This document shows, in pieces, positions 37,888 to 47,507 of a DNA stretch of 64,000 nt. Position 1 is the first letter of the stretch. Each line of letters begins with the position of its first letter. The notes under the pieces are model-generated. The model was not told the DNA's origin. It saw only the letters and a list, made by a program, of their open reading frames with translations, and searched no databases. Made by a program: the position numbers and the translations under genes. Source of the DNA: an uncultured Porphyromonadaceae bacterium (GTDB lineage Bacteria; Bacteroidota; Bacteroidia; Bacteroidales; Barnesiellaceae_A); the NCBI GenBank assembly GCA_900538705.1, contig UPZG01000006.1, forward strand, positions 22,865-86,864, given 5' to 3'.

Positions 37888-39144
37888 ATGATTTCAACTG
37901 AAATACAGCAGGTCAAGCAACGTTTTGGTATCATAGGTAATGCACCGGCTTTGTTGCAGGCAGTAGAGCGTGCTGTGCAAATTGCGCCTATTGATGATGT
38001 CGATGTTCTTGTGACCGGCGAGAGTGGTGTAGGAAAAGAGTTTTTCCCGCAGATTATACATGCCTACAGTGTGCGCAAGCACGGCAAGTATATTGCAGTC
38101 AATTGCGGTGCGATACCCGAAGGAACTATCGATTCGGAGTTGTTTGGTCACGAAAAAGGTGCTTTTACAGGGGCAGTAGCAGCTCGTAAGGGCTATTTTG
38201 AGGAGGCCGACGGTGGTACTATCTTCCTGGATGAAGTAGGTGAGTTGCCGTTGACTACACAAGCTCGATTACTCCGCGTTTTGGAGAGTGGGGAGTTTTT
38301 GCGTGTAGGTTCGTCGGCTGTATTGAAGACCAACGTGCGTGTCGTTGCTGCCACCAATCTCGACATGGTAAAGGCTATTTCCGAAGGTAGGTTCCGTGAA
38401 GATTTGTTCTATCGTCTCAACACGGTACACATTGAAGTGCCGCCGTTGCGCGATAGGGCTGATGATATACCCTTGTTGTTCAGAAAATTTGCCACCGATT
38501 TTGCCGAACGCTATCGTATGCCCGCCATACAGCTTACCGATGACGCTCGCCGTGTGCTTATGTCGTACCGTTGGCCTGGTAATGTGCGACAACTGAGAAA
38601 CGTGGCGCGTCAAATATCCATATATGAGACTTCGCGAGAAATTACAGGTGATATACTCAAAGGGTATTTACCTCAATATACCGTAGGCTTCCTGCCAACC
38701 TTGCATCAAGGAAGTGGAAGTGATGTAAATGCTGACTCCTTTGAGAATGAGCGTAAGTTGATATATGAAGCAATCTTCAAGTTGCAGAAAGAGTTGAGCA
38801 ATTTACGTGCCGATGTAGATCGCCTGCTTGCCGAACGACAAGTACATACTGTTGTGGAGCCTCCGCGTATGATAGCTCATCCTTCAGGAACTACTACTCA
38901 TATAGCATATCCACCTGTTATTCAAACCGGTAATGCTCCACAAGAACATGATGAAGCATCACATGGCGAGGTGATTCCAACAGAGTATTACGAGGAACAA
39001 CCTGCCTCGCTCGAAGATACTGAGCGTGAGACTATTCGTCGGGCTTTGGCTCGTAATAATGGGAAACGAAAAAAAACGGCCGAAGAATTGTGCATTTCGG
39101 AACGTACTCTCTATCGTAAAATAAAAGAATATAACCTTGAGTGA
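37888..39144 (+). CDS. sigma-54-dependent transcriptional activator (AAA+ plus Fis-type HTH) with no N-terminal sensor or receiver domain
   Basis: 418 aa. The AAA+ module begins at about residue 12 (GESGVGKE Walker A, GAFTGA, ESGEFLRVG). The C-terminus carries ETIRRALARNNGKRKKTAEELCISERTLYRKIKEYNL. Confidence 0.9.
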   Translation: MISTEIQQVKQRFGIIGNAPALLQAVERAVQIAPIDDVDVLVTGESGVGKEFFPQIIHAYSVRKHGKYIAVNCGAIPEGTIDSELFGHEKGAFTGAVAARKGYFEEADGGTIFLDEVGELPLTTQARLLRVLESGEFLRVGSSAVLKTNVRVVAATNLDMVKAISEGRFREDLFYRLNTVHIEVPPLRDRADDIPLLFRKFATDFAERYRMPAIQLTDDARRVLMSYRWPGNVRQLRNVARQISIYETSREITGDILKGYLPQYTVGFLPTLHQGSGSDVNADSFENERKLIYEAIFKLQKELSNLRADVDRLLAERQVHTVVEPPRMIAHPSGTTTHIAYPPVIQTGNAPQEHDEASHGEVIPTEYYEEQPASLEDTERETIRRALARNNGKRKKTAEELCISERTLYRKIKEYNLE

Positions 39145-39147
39145 TAA

Positions 39148-39648
39148 ATGAAGAAATTTGCTTCGTGTCTGATTATACTGTTGTTGTCTTCGTGTACGAT
39201 TTCCTATAAGTTCAACGGTGCATCAATCAACTACAACCTGATAAAGACTATATCGGTAAGCGATTTCCCGATACGGGCAGCGTTGGTATACCCACCTTTG
39301 TCGGAGGTCTTTACCAACTCTCTGAAAGATGCTTATACGCAACAGACAGCTTTGCAGATGGTTGATGTGAACGGTGACTTGCAGGTAGAGGGTGAAATTA
39401 CAGGTTATGACCTGTCTCCACAAGCTGTAGGAACTGATGCCTATGCTACGATGACACGACTTACCATTACTGTAAAGGTGCGGTTTACAAATACCAAAGA
39501 ACCTCAGTATGATTTTGACCGAACCTTTTCGGCCTATCAAGATTTTTCCAGTACTCAAATGCTTACAGATGTACAAGATGGCTTGATAGAAACAATTACC
39601 GATGAGTTGGTAGACCTTATTTTTAATGCTACAGTCGCAAACTGGTAA
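39148..39648 (+). CDS. lptE: LptE-family LPS-assembly lipoprotein
   Basis: 166 aa. Lipoprotein signal MKKFASCLIILLLSSC. Size and pattern (GDLQVEGEITGYD...TRLTITVKVRF) are typical of Bacteroidota LptE, and it sits in the conserved position after the sigma-54 activator. Confidence 0.7.
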   Translation: MKKFASCLIILLLSSCTISYKFNGASINYNLIKTISVSDFPIRAALVYPPLSEVFTNSLKDAYTQQTALQMVDVNGDLQVEGEITGYDLSPQAVGTDAYATMTRLTITVKVRFTNTKEPQYDFDRTFSAYQDFSSTQMLTDVQDGLIETITDELVDLIFNATVANW

Positions 39649-39652
39649 AATT

Positions 39653-40474
39653 ATGGATGAGTTGTCGGAGTTGACACACATGTTACAGGCTCAAATGGCC
39701 GGCGATGCATCTGTTACACGTGAACAGGTGGAAAAGTGGCATGTATATTATCCATACTTCTCATTACCGTTGTTGCTCTATTTACGGCAATGCCCTACAC
39801 CCGATACAGATATGTGTGCGCGAGCTACCGCCTGGATGGGCGACTTGGAGTGCTTGGCGACGTTGACTGGCAGAATGGAAGATTTTACCGGCTTTTATCC
39901 TTCGGAGCAACAGACTTGTGCAGAGACCACCGATGATGCTATAGAACTTTTCTTGCAGACTTATGGAAAAGATGAGGCTGACGATGAGCATATATTGGTG
40001 GCAGAAAACGACGTAGAGTCGCAACAGCAAGACGCACTGCTTGAAAATCCCGTGCCAACAGTTGTTGAGCCCGAGAGGGAAACGGCTGAAGATGAACCGT
40101 TTGTAGCAATTCCGGCATACGATTATACGGGTATGTTAGAGTCTATGCCCGATGCGGCAGATGCTTCGCCAATGCAGGGCGATGACCTCCTGTCGCGGTT
40201 TATAGAAGCCGATGAGAGTGGCGAAAGAATGTTTTTGAAGCCCTCAGCTACAGGGAATAAGCCGCAGCCTGCTGCTGTACCCGAGATGGAAAAAGAGGTT
40301 GATTCGGAGCCTCTTTTCACTGAAAGCCTCGCCAAAATATATATCAAGCAACGGAAGTATGCCAAAGCATTAGAAATAATTCGTAAGTTAAGCTTGAATA
40401 ATCCGGAAAAAAATATTTACTTTGCAGACCAAATCCGGTTCCTTGAGAAACTGATTATTAACATTAAAAACTAA
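39653..40474 (+). CDS. acidic hypothetical protein with a C-terminal TPR-like helix pair
   Basis: Maximal ORF is 39626..40474; the ATG at 39653 avoids overlapping lptE. The middle is D/E-rich and probably disordered. The C-terminus reads LAKIYIKQRKYAKALEIIRKLSLNNPEKNIYFADQIRFLEKL. Confidence 0.6.
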   Translation: MDELSELTHMLQAQMAGDASVTREQVEKWHVYYPYFSLPLLLYLRQCPTPDTDMCARATAWMGDLECLATLTGRMEDFTGFYPSEQQTCAETTDDAIELFLQTYGKDEADDEHILVAENDVESQQQDALLENPVPTVVEPERETAEDEPFVAIPAYDYTGMLESMPDAADASPMQGDDLLSRFIEADESGERMFLKPSATGNKPQPAAVPEMEKEVDSEPLFTESLAKIYIKQRKYAKALEIIRKLSLNNPEKNIYFADQIRFLEKLIINIKN

Positions 40475-40482
40475 ACTATAAA

Positions 40483-40854
40483 ATGTCAACATTTCTTACT
40501 ATTCTGATTCTTATCGCGTCTTTGCTGATGATAGGGGTCGTGCTGATACAAAAATCAAAAGGAGGAGGCTTGGCTTCAAACTTTGCTTCGTCTAACCAAA
40601 TCATGGGTGTACGCAAGACAACCGATGTCGTAGAGAAAGCTACGTGGACTATTGCTGTTATTATCATGGTATTGAGCATTGCTACGGTTTTCTTTATGCC
40701 TTCGCATCGTGCATCTTCTGAAGCAGAGCAATCTCTGATAGAGATACCTACACTGCCCGCTGCCCCTGCTACATCGGGTTTTGAAACAGCTCCTTCTGCT
40801 GAGACTCCTGCCGAAGCTCCTGTGCAGACGCCGGCTGAAACTCCTGTACAATAA
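40483..40854 (+). CDS. secG: preprotein translocase subunit SecG with a Pro/Ala/Glu/Thr-rich tail
   Basis: 123 aa. MSTFLTILILIASLLMIGVVLIQKSKGGGL plus a second TM helix is the SecG signature. The tail ends in ETPAEAPVQTPAETPVQ. Confidence 0.85.
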   Translation: MSTFLTILILIASLLMIGVVLIQKSKGGGLASNFASSNQIMGVRKTTDVVEKATWTIAVIIMVLSIATVFFMPSHRASSEAEQSLIEIPTLPAAPATSGFETAPSAETPAEAPVQTPAETPVQ

Positions 40855-40880
40855 GGCGCGACAGCATAGCATAAGTATAA

Positions 40881-40918
40881 CAAGAGGTACCGTATACAGC
40901 GGTACCTCTTGTTGTTTG
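40881..40918 (+). terminator. rho-independent terminator of secG
   Basis: Arms CAAGAGGTACCG and CGGTACCTCTTG (12 bp) are followed by TTGTTTG. Confidence 0.65.
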
Positions 40919-41021
40919 TAGCTGTGAGTACTTTTTTAAGAGCGATTGGAAGATATTGCTATTATGATGTATAGGAGTGCTAAGTTATGGCGAGATTGTC
41001 CGTTCTCTTGTCCAATAATAT

Positions 41022-41058
41022 CGAACGCCATTCCCAAAGAGCAGGGGAATGGCGTTCG
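41022..41058 (-). terminator. hairpin terminator of the small OMP gene
   Basis: Arms CGAACGCCATTCCC and GGGAATGGCGTTCG (14 bp), 21 nt beyond the stop at 41079. Confidence 0.6.
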
Positions 41059-41078
41059 CTGTATTTGATATGTTTTGT

Positions 41079-41795
41079 TTAGTCTAACGACAGTGTATAG
41101 CCTACACTTACCATGATATTACCGGTTTTTATGCTGCCACTGTATCCCATGGCGTGAGTTGTAATGTCAAACAAGCCCCAATCGTATGCAGCGCCGATAA
41201 AAAATTCGTTGTACGTAAAGCCTATGCCAAATTGCAGACCTGCATCGAAACGGTGTAGTCCTCCTTCACCTTTGACGAAAGGATTGCCTAAGAAATCGCC
41301 TATGTTTATCAATTCGTCTTTTATAATGTTGTCTTTTACGTTACCACCTACACCGCAAGCAACAAATGCGCCGGCATTGAGTTGTAGCATAAAGTCGTCG
41401 GCCAGTTCTATACGGAACGAAGCTAACACCGGAATTTCCAAGTAGTATAGCTCATATAGTCGTCGCCAATCATAGTTGGGATTATCTGTATTTGAAAGGT
41501 AGAAGTCGAAACTTTTGGTTGTGAAATATACTCCAGGTTGTATATAGAACCATTTAGTAATGCCTATATCGGTAATGACACCAAAATGACCGCCAAACTC
41601 TTTATCAAAGCGGGTGTTGATACCCCGTTGTGACAATTCGTTAGCGAGAGTATTATTGTATGAGCCTTGTGACGATGAGATATTCAGTCCTCCACGGAAT
41701 CCTATGGCTATGTCTTCGCGTTCTATTCTGTCGGCAACGGCAGTATTGCAGATACAGCACACGCTCAACAGTGTGATAATTATACTTTTTTTCAT
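41079..41795 (-). CDS. small outer-membrane beta-barrel protein (OMP_b-brl_2 / porin family; PorT-like size)
   Basis: 238 aa with a signal peptide. IGFRGGLNISS, alternating beta-strand patterning, and aromatic residues near the C-terminus. Confidence 0.75.
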   Translation of the reverse strand: MKKSIIITLLSVCCICNTAVADRIEREDIAIGFRGGLNISSSQGSYNNTLANELSQRGINTRFDKEFGGHFGVITDIGITKWFYIQPGVYFTTKSFDFYLSNTDNPNYDWRRLYELYYLEIPVLASFRIELADDFMLQLNAGAFVACGVGGNVKDNIIKDELINIGDFLGNPFVKGEGGLHRFDAGLQFGIGFTYNEFFIGAAYDWGLFDITTHAMGYSGSIKTGNIMVSVGYTLSLD

Positions 41796-41832
41796 ATTGT
41801 CGGGTGGGTATTGTATGAGATAATATAATTGT

Positions 41833-42459
41833 TTATCGCGTCATTTTCTCTTTGACAAAGGCTGCTATCCATTCTGCTGTTTTTTGGCAACCCAGTATGG
41901 AGGAGTTGATGCACATATCGTAAGAAGCTCCGTCGCCCCATGTCTTGTCGGTGTAGAAGTTGTAGTAGGCCGACCGGACTTTGTTACGTTTTATGGCCAA
42001 CTCTTCGGCTTCTTTCTCGGTAACACCAGTGTTGCGATTGACGATTCGTTGTATACGGTCGCGCATAGGAGCATGAATGAATACGCTGAAACAATTGGGA
42101 TTTTCCCGTAAAATATAGTCGGCGCAGCGACCTACGATAACTGCAGGGGTGGCATCGGCTATTTTGCGTATAACGTCCGATTGTAGTTTGAAGATAGTCT
42201 CTTCAGAGAGTCCGCCCACTGCGGGTATGCCGTTTATTCCAGCCACCCATCCCATAGAGACAGCATTTATAAAGCGGTTGGGAGCTTTTTCGTCGGCACG
42301 CTCAAAATGCTCGGCACACAGTCCGCTCGCTTTGGAAGCTTCATAGATAAGTTCTTTGTCGTAATATTTTATATCGAGTAGTTCGGCGAGCATTTTGCCT
42401 ATCTCGCGGCCGCCGCTACCGAATTGTCGTCCTATGGTGATGATGAGATTTTGGTTCAT
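41833..42459 (-). CDS. cytidylate kinase-like family protein
   Basis: 208 aa. The N-terminus IITIGRQFGSGGREIGKMLAELLDIKYYDKELI is characteristic of this P-loop-like family. Confidence 0.8.
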   Translation of the reverse strand: MNQNLIITIGRQFGSGGREIGKMLAELLDIKYYDKELIYEASKASGLCAEHFERADEKAPNRFINAVSMGWVAGINGIPAVGGLSEETIFKLQSDVIRKIADATPAVIVGRCADYILRENPNCFSVFIHAPMRDRIQRIVNRNTGVTEKEAEELAIKRNKVRSAYYNFYTDKTWGDGASYDMCINSSILGCQKTAEWIAAFVKEKMTR

Positions 42460-42616
42460 AGTGTGATGTTTTTAGATTGACAAACAGGTATTTGATTTGT
42501 ATAGGTATTGAGTGTAGCTATACTTCTTTTGTTGTATGAAGGGTAATATAAGTCCTTTTTTACTCTTCTCTTTGAGAACAAATTTAATAAATAAAATGAT
42601 GAAGTTATTGTATTTC

Positions 42617-43804
42617 TTATAAAAAGTTTTTTTCTTCTATGATGATATAGGCCTGGTAGGACGTATCGTCATATAGTGGCGTGAGTGGGATGAAACCTGC
42701 GATAATACGTTTGTCTTTTATTATCATCGGATACTTTTTTTGCAGTGCTTGTTGTCGTTCTCTGTGTTGTGAAGGAGACTTCTCATACACTACGTGGTAG
42801 CTGCCGCTACTTCCTTCAGCAACATAATAACGGTTGATGTGATGGGCTACAATACCCATATTCATGCGTAAGTTTAACTCTATGCATGGATGCAGGCAGA
42901 TGTCGGTATTGTTTCGATATAAAATGGAATCTATCCCGAAATAGCCCTTATAGTGGGGCGCAATGAGTTGGCTGGTAATCAGTCGTAATGTGTCGCGGAC
43001 ATTATGTAGCGTATCTATGGGAATGAGATGAGACAGATGTCTCTCTATGGCTGTATCAGAGGCGAGGATGTTGTGGGTATAGCAGCCGTGGAGGTCGGTA
43101 TTGAAAAGAGAATAACCTGTAAACTGTGTCTGAATTCCGTCGCTGTGGAACTCAAAGGCGAGGTCTACTATTTTGTCGAATAGAATTTCGCCCATGATGT
43201 AGCCTTGCTTGCGTAATATGCCTTCTGCTTGCCTGGCTATGGAGAAATTGTATGTTCCGTTGGTGCGTATGATACCGCGTCCGCTGCTCGACCAGGGGGC
43301 TTTAAGTAGTGTTGCATGATGAGTTTCGATAAAGTGTTTTATTTCTGCAGCATCATACAGTATTTCGGGCGCTGGAGGAAGGGGTAAATTAGGTAGTATG
43401 CTGGCAATGTGTTGCCATATATCGCGAGTTGTGGCGCGCCCCGATAACCGACGTATTTCTACTATTTGTTGGTTGTCGGGCAGTAAATGTTTTTCTATTC
43501 CAGCCTTCTCGAGCTGTTGACATATGTAGGTACTCCATCCCCAAGGATAGCAATCCCATTCGCCCGGCGGGAGTGATGAAACTGCTTGAGAGCAAATACC
43601 TAAGTTTTCTATGACTCGTTGCAAGTCAGAAGGAATGGCCTGTTGCGATAGAACGAGGCTGTTGTCATCGGCATACCACAGTGGTAGTAGTGACAAATCG
43701 GCTGCTATTTTGCGGGCTGCTGGTGGCGGGGTGTAGTATCGTTTATTGGTGGCGAGAGCCAAGTCGTTCTCAGGAGCGAAAAGATAGACCTTCTGTGATG
43801 TCAT
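42617..43804 (-). CDS. hypothetical protein with ATP-grasp-like motifs
   Basis: The maximal ORF starts at a GTG (43894). The ATG at 43804 lies 18 nt below a TAttTTTG box. LLKAPWSSSGRGI and GIDSILY...CIELNLRMNMG resemble the phosphate-binding and E-x-N Mg-binding motifs of ATP-grasp enzymes. Confidence 0.6.
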   Translation of the reverse strand: MTSQKVYLFAPENDLALATNKRYYTPPPAARKIAADLSLLPLWYADDNSLVLSQQAIPSDLQRVIENLGICSQAVSSLPPGEWDCYPWGWSTYICQQLEKAGIEKHLLPDNQQIVEIRRLSGRATTRDIWQHIASILPNLPLPPAPEILYDAAEIKHFIETHHATLLKAPWSSSGRGIIRTNGTYNFSIARQAEGILRKQGYIMGEILFDKIVDLAFEFHSDGIQTQFTGYSLFNTDLHGCYTHNILASDTAIERHLSHLIPIDTLHNVRDTLRLITSQLIAPHYKGYFGIDSILYRNNTDICLHPCIELNLRMNMGIVAHHINRYYVAEGSSGSYHVVYEKSPSQHRERQQALQKKYPMIIKDKRIIAGFIPLTPLYDDTSYQAYIIIEEKNFL

Positions 43805-43821
43805 AACAAGTATTTTCGATG

Positions 43822-43829
43822 CAAAAATA
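43822..43829 (-). promoter_or_regulatory. -7 promoter box TAttTTTG for the ATP-grasp-like gene
   Basis: The plus strand reads caaaaata. It lies 18 nt upstream of the ATG at 43804. Confidence 0.4.
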
Positions 43830-44082
43830 CGAAAAGGTGAATGGAGTATAAAATAATATAGAAACTCGTTTCTTATATTTTTTCTCCAAACCACATCCTG
43901 CTTTATTCAAAAATGGTGGAAATTTTTGTCGTATAACATTGAGTCGTGTAGTTGATGTATGACAAACAGGAAAAGAAGTGATGATTTGTCAACTTAGAAT
44001 GGTGTGAAATATGAAAGCTGTGGATGATTGTATAAATTGTAAGAAAATGTGGAGGGAATATGGAGGTAGTCTGAAAAAGAAA

Positions 44083-44116
44083 GGGTTCCTTCTGAACTAA
44101 GATTCAGAAGAAACCC
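44083..44116 (-). terminator. hairpin terminator of the gal operon
   Basis: Arms GGGTTCCTTCTGAA and TTCAGAAGAAACCC (14 bp, one mismatch), 26 nt beyond the stop at 44142. Confidence 0.5.
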
Positions 44117-44141
44117 CATAAGAAGTATGCTTGTAAGGTGT

Positions 44142-45353
44142 TTATTTAGTCCTTATCTTAGAGCCTAAGAGGGTAAACCACAAAATGTAAGCATAATAGA
44201 TAAAGAGTGTGCCAACGGCCACACCGATACCCAATGCCGGGCTGTCGACAATGCTACCCATGATGAGGGGCAGGATGGCTGCACCTACCACGCCGGTATT
44301 GATGACACCCGATGCCTCTTTGGTATGAGGCCCAAGATCTTGTAAACCGAGGTTGAAGATAAGCGGCCACATCACAGAGTGGAACAAACCGGTGATGATG
44401 AGGGCGTAGATGCTGTAAATACCCGGCAGTACAAACGAGAGAGCTACACAAGCTGCTGCAATGGAGAGGCAGGTGGCAAGTAAGGGACGAGCCTGGAAGC
44501 GTGTAAGTACGATTGTTCCTAATGCACGACCAACGAGCATGCCGCCCCAGTAGAACGAAAGCAAGGTAGTGGGGTCGCCCTCGATACCCAGTGACCGTAT
44601 TTTAGCGGGCAAGAGGCTGGGTATGCCAATCTCAACACCCATGTATGCGACAATACCCAGAAGGCAAAGCCACACGTGAGGATACTTATAGGCACTCTTC
44701 TTGTAGCTCATATCTTCTGTCGTCTTATTCTCTTCTTTGGCCTCGTTTATTTCAGGCAATTTCAGCTTGATAAGAATAACGCAAAGAATGAGTGTAAAGA
44801 TACCAAGACCGAGGAACGGGAACTTGATAGACGATGCACTGTACCCTTCGCTACCCGATACGATAAGCATCGATACGAATAGCGGTGCTACCGTTGTGGC
44901 AAGAGAGTTGAAGGTTTGGCTCAAGGTCATACGGAAGGCACCTTTTTCGGGAGCTCCCAGTACCATCACATAGGGATTTGATACCAATTGCAGCAATACA
45001 ATACCTATGGCTACGCAGAACATGCAGCTTAGGAAGATGTAGTAAATGCTCGATGTTTCTCCCCATATTGCAATACCACCAAAATTGAGTACAAAGCCCA
45101 AGGCGATGATGGCAAGGCCTAAAACAAGGGTTGTCTTGTAACCCAACTTCTTCATGAGAATTCCAAGCGGAATAGAGAGAATATATGCGCCATAGAAGGC
45201 CGTATTGACGAGTTGTCCTTGTGTCTCGGTAAGTCCGAACGTTTGCTTGCAGAAGTCAATCATGGAGTTGTTCATTGTCGTAACAAAGCCGAGCAAGAAA
45301 CAAACGATGATGACAACTGTGAGCGCAAACGTGTAATTAGGTTGTTGTTTCAT
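44142..45353 (-). CDS. gluP: MFS sugar transporter, glucose/galactose (GluP/FucP) type
   Basis: 403 aa, 12-TM pattern. The N-terminus reads FLLGFVTTMNNSMIDFCKQTFGLTETQGQLVNTAFYGAYILSIPLG. Confidence 0.88.
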   Translation of the reverse strand: MKQQPNYTFALTVVIIVCFLLGFVTTMNNSMIDFCKQTFGLTETQGQLVNTAFYGAYILSIPLGILMKKLGYKTTLVLGLAIIALGFVLNFGGIAIWGETSSIYYIFLSCMFCVAIGIVLLQLVSNPYVMVLGAPEKGAFRMTLSQTFNSLATTVAPLFVSMLIVSGSEGYSASSIKFPFLGLGIFTLILCVILIKLKLPEINEAKEENKTTEDMSYKKSAYKYPHVWLCLLGIVAYMGVEIGIPSLLPAKIRSLGIEGDPTTLLSFYWGGMLVGRALGTIVLTRFQARPLLATCLSIAAACVALSFVLPGIYSIYALIITGLFHSVMWPLIFNLGLQDLGPHTKEASGVINTGVVGAAILPLIMGSIVDSPALGIGVAVGTLFIYYAYILWFTLLGSKIRTK

Positions 45354-45370
45354 GGTTTTCTATTTGTGGT

Positions 45371-46276
45371 TCAATCAAAAAGTTTTTCAGGATATTCGCC
45401 GGCATCGACGAGCTGTTGTATCTTGTCGACAACCGATTGGCGGTCGGCTGCATATGTTACGCCAAACCAACGAGCTGTCGTATCGAGAACTTTTACCGTC
45501 GAGGTGCCTTCCTTGATAAGTTTGTTAACCATCAGCGGTATGAAGAACTCGGCTTTCAGATTGGCAATATTCTCTTTGAGAAATTCCGAGAAGTATGCCT
45601 CTGAGTGCTCAAAATAGTCGGGAGTAAAGCCCCACATATTCATCGATACCGGGGTATTGTCGTCTATGGCTACCCATTGGTCGTTGTCGTCTTTATATTT
45701 CACAACGCCATCGATGCGTTGTATCTGTGTACGCTCTACAACATCGGTAAGCATACGGTTGCTGTCCATGGCGCAAATGCCACGAGCTACGCTACCGCTT
45801 TCAGATAGCGTGTTACCTACACGGTAGCCCACCATGCAGTAGTGGTTTTGGGTACCTTCCATAGCCGAGAGAGCTTTGCCCAGCACGGCAAAACTGTCGC
45901 GTCCGTAGAAGTCGTCGGCGTTGATAACGGCAAACGGCTCTTTGATAACATCTTTTCCCATGAGTACAGCGTGGTTGGTTCCCCACGGCTTTACTCTGTC
46001 GGCAGGGCAGCTAAATCCTTCGGGAAGCTTGTCGAGCGATTGGAATACAAGTTCTACCGGTATATGATTGATGTATTTATTGAGAATCTTTTCACGGAAA
46101 TCTTGCTCAAAATCTTTTCTGATTACAAATACAACTTTTCCAAATCCGCCGCGAATAGCGTCGAAGATAGAATAGTCCATAATAGTTTCTCCGTTAGGAC
46201 CTAGTCCGTCGAGCTGTTTCAGACCTCCGTAGCGGCTACCCATACCGGCAGCCAAAACAAATAGTGTAGGTTTCAT
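45371..46276 (-). CDS. sugar-phosphate nucleotidyltransferase family protein (NTP_transferase fold)
   Basis: 301 aa. The N-terminus FVLAAGMGSRYGGLKQL is the G-x-G-x-R...K nucleotidyltransferase signature. It sits between galK and the sugar transporter. Confidence 0.75.
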   Translation of the reverse strand: MKPTLFVLAAGMGSRYGGLKQLDGLGPNGETIMDYSIFDAIRGGFGKVVFVIRKDFEQDFREKILNKYINHIPVELVFQSLDKLPEGFSCPADRVKPWGTNHAVLMGKDVIKEPFAVINADDFYGRDSFAVLGKALSAMEGTQNHYCMVGYRVGNTLSESGSVARGICAMDSNRMLTDVVERTQIQRIDGVVKYKDDNDQWVAIDDNTPVSMNMWGFTPDYFEHSEAYFSEFLKENIANLKAEFFIPLMVNKLIKEGTSTVKVLDTTARWFGVTYAADRQSVVDKIQQLVDAGEYPEKLFD

Positions 46277-46307
46277 AATTTATAGTGTATTTTTGTATTT
46301 GTCTGTG

Positions 46308-47462
46308 TTAGCATATTTTGCGGGCGCCGTCAGAAATAACAACGTCGTATACCTTGGGGAACTTGCCGTATTTTTTGTGGTAGGCATCTTTGGCGCGGGC
46401 GATGAATGCGTCGTACAATTCGTCTTTTACCAGGTTGATTGTGCAACCACCGAAACCACCGCCCATAACACGTGAGCCTGTTACGCCACACTCGCGGGCT
46501 ATGTCATTGAGGAAGTCAAGCTCTTCGCAGCTTACTTCGTAGAGCTTGCTCATGCCATGATGCGTTTCGTACATTTTTTGTCCTACGGTTTCATAGTCGC
46601 CACGTTCGAGGGCATCGCATACATCGAGTACACGTTGTATCTCTTCAATCACATATTCGGCACGCATGTAGTCTTCGGCCGTTACATCACCTTTTACCTC
46701 TTGGAGCATCTCCAAAGTAGCATCGCGCAAGAACTCTACATGTTGGTGCTTTTTTTGTATGGCGGCTACCACCGACTCGCAGCTTTGCCGACGTTTATTG
46801 TATGCGCTCGATGCCAGTTCGTGTTTTACTACTGAGTCGAGTAATACGAGGCGATAACCTTCGGGTTTGAAGGGGAAATATTGATATTCGAGTGAACGGC
46901 AATCAAGACGTATGAGGCTGCCTGCTTTCCCAAATACTGAGGCAAACTGGTCCATGATGCCACAATTTACACCGCAGTAGTTGTGTTCTGTAGCTTGTCC
47001 CACTTTGGCCAGCTCGAATTTATCTATTTTGTTATTGCCAAACAGGTCGTTAAGGGCGTATGCATAGGTACTTTCTAATGCTGCCGATGATGACATGCCA
47101 GCTCCGAGGGGAACATCGCCTGCAAAGGCTGTGTTGAAGCCTTTGACATCTACACCACGTTTAATCATCTCGCGGCATACGCCGAAGATGTAGCGAGCCC
47201 ATGATGTGCGCGGAGCATCTTCTTCGTTGAGCCCAAACTCTACGTAGTCTTTCATATCTATTGAGTAGGCACGTACTTTGTCGGTACCGTTGGGACGTAT
47301 CTCTGCTACCATACCTTTGTCTATGGCACCGGGGAATACGTAACCGCCATTGTAGTCGGTATGTTCGCCTATGAGGTTGATACGGCCGGGAGAGGCATAT
47401 ACGTTGCCGGTTTGTCCATCGAAATGTTTTATAAATCTGCTTCTTACAAATTCTATATCCAT
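46308..47462 (-). CDS. galK: galactokinase
   Basis: 384 aa. GRINLIGEHTDYNGGYVFP and GAGMSSSAALE are GHMP/galactokinase signatures. Confidence 0.95.
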   Translation of the reverse strand: MDIEFVRSRFIKHFDGQTGNVYASPGRINLIGEHTDYNGGYVFPGAIDKGMVAEIRPNGTDKVRAYSIDMKDYVEFGLNEEDAPRTSWARYIFGVCREMIKRGVDVKGFNTAFAGDVPLGAGMSSSAALESTYAYALNDLFGNNKIDKFELAKVGQATEHNYCGVNCGIMDQFASVFGKAGSLIRLDCRSLEYQYFPFKPEGYRLVLLDSVVKHELASSAYNKRRQSCESVVAAIQKKHQHVEFLRDATLEMLQEVKGDVTAEDYMRAEYVIEEIQRVLDVCDALERGDYETVGQKMYETHHGMSKLYEVSCEELDFLNDIARECGVTGSRVMGGGFGGCTINLVKDELYDAFIARAKDAYHKKYGKFPKVYDVVISDGARKIC

Positions 47463-47507
47463 AATATTAATGTATTAAGGGGGTTAACAATGAAAATTAT
47501 ATTCTTT

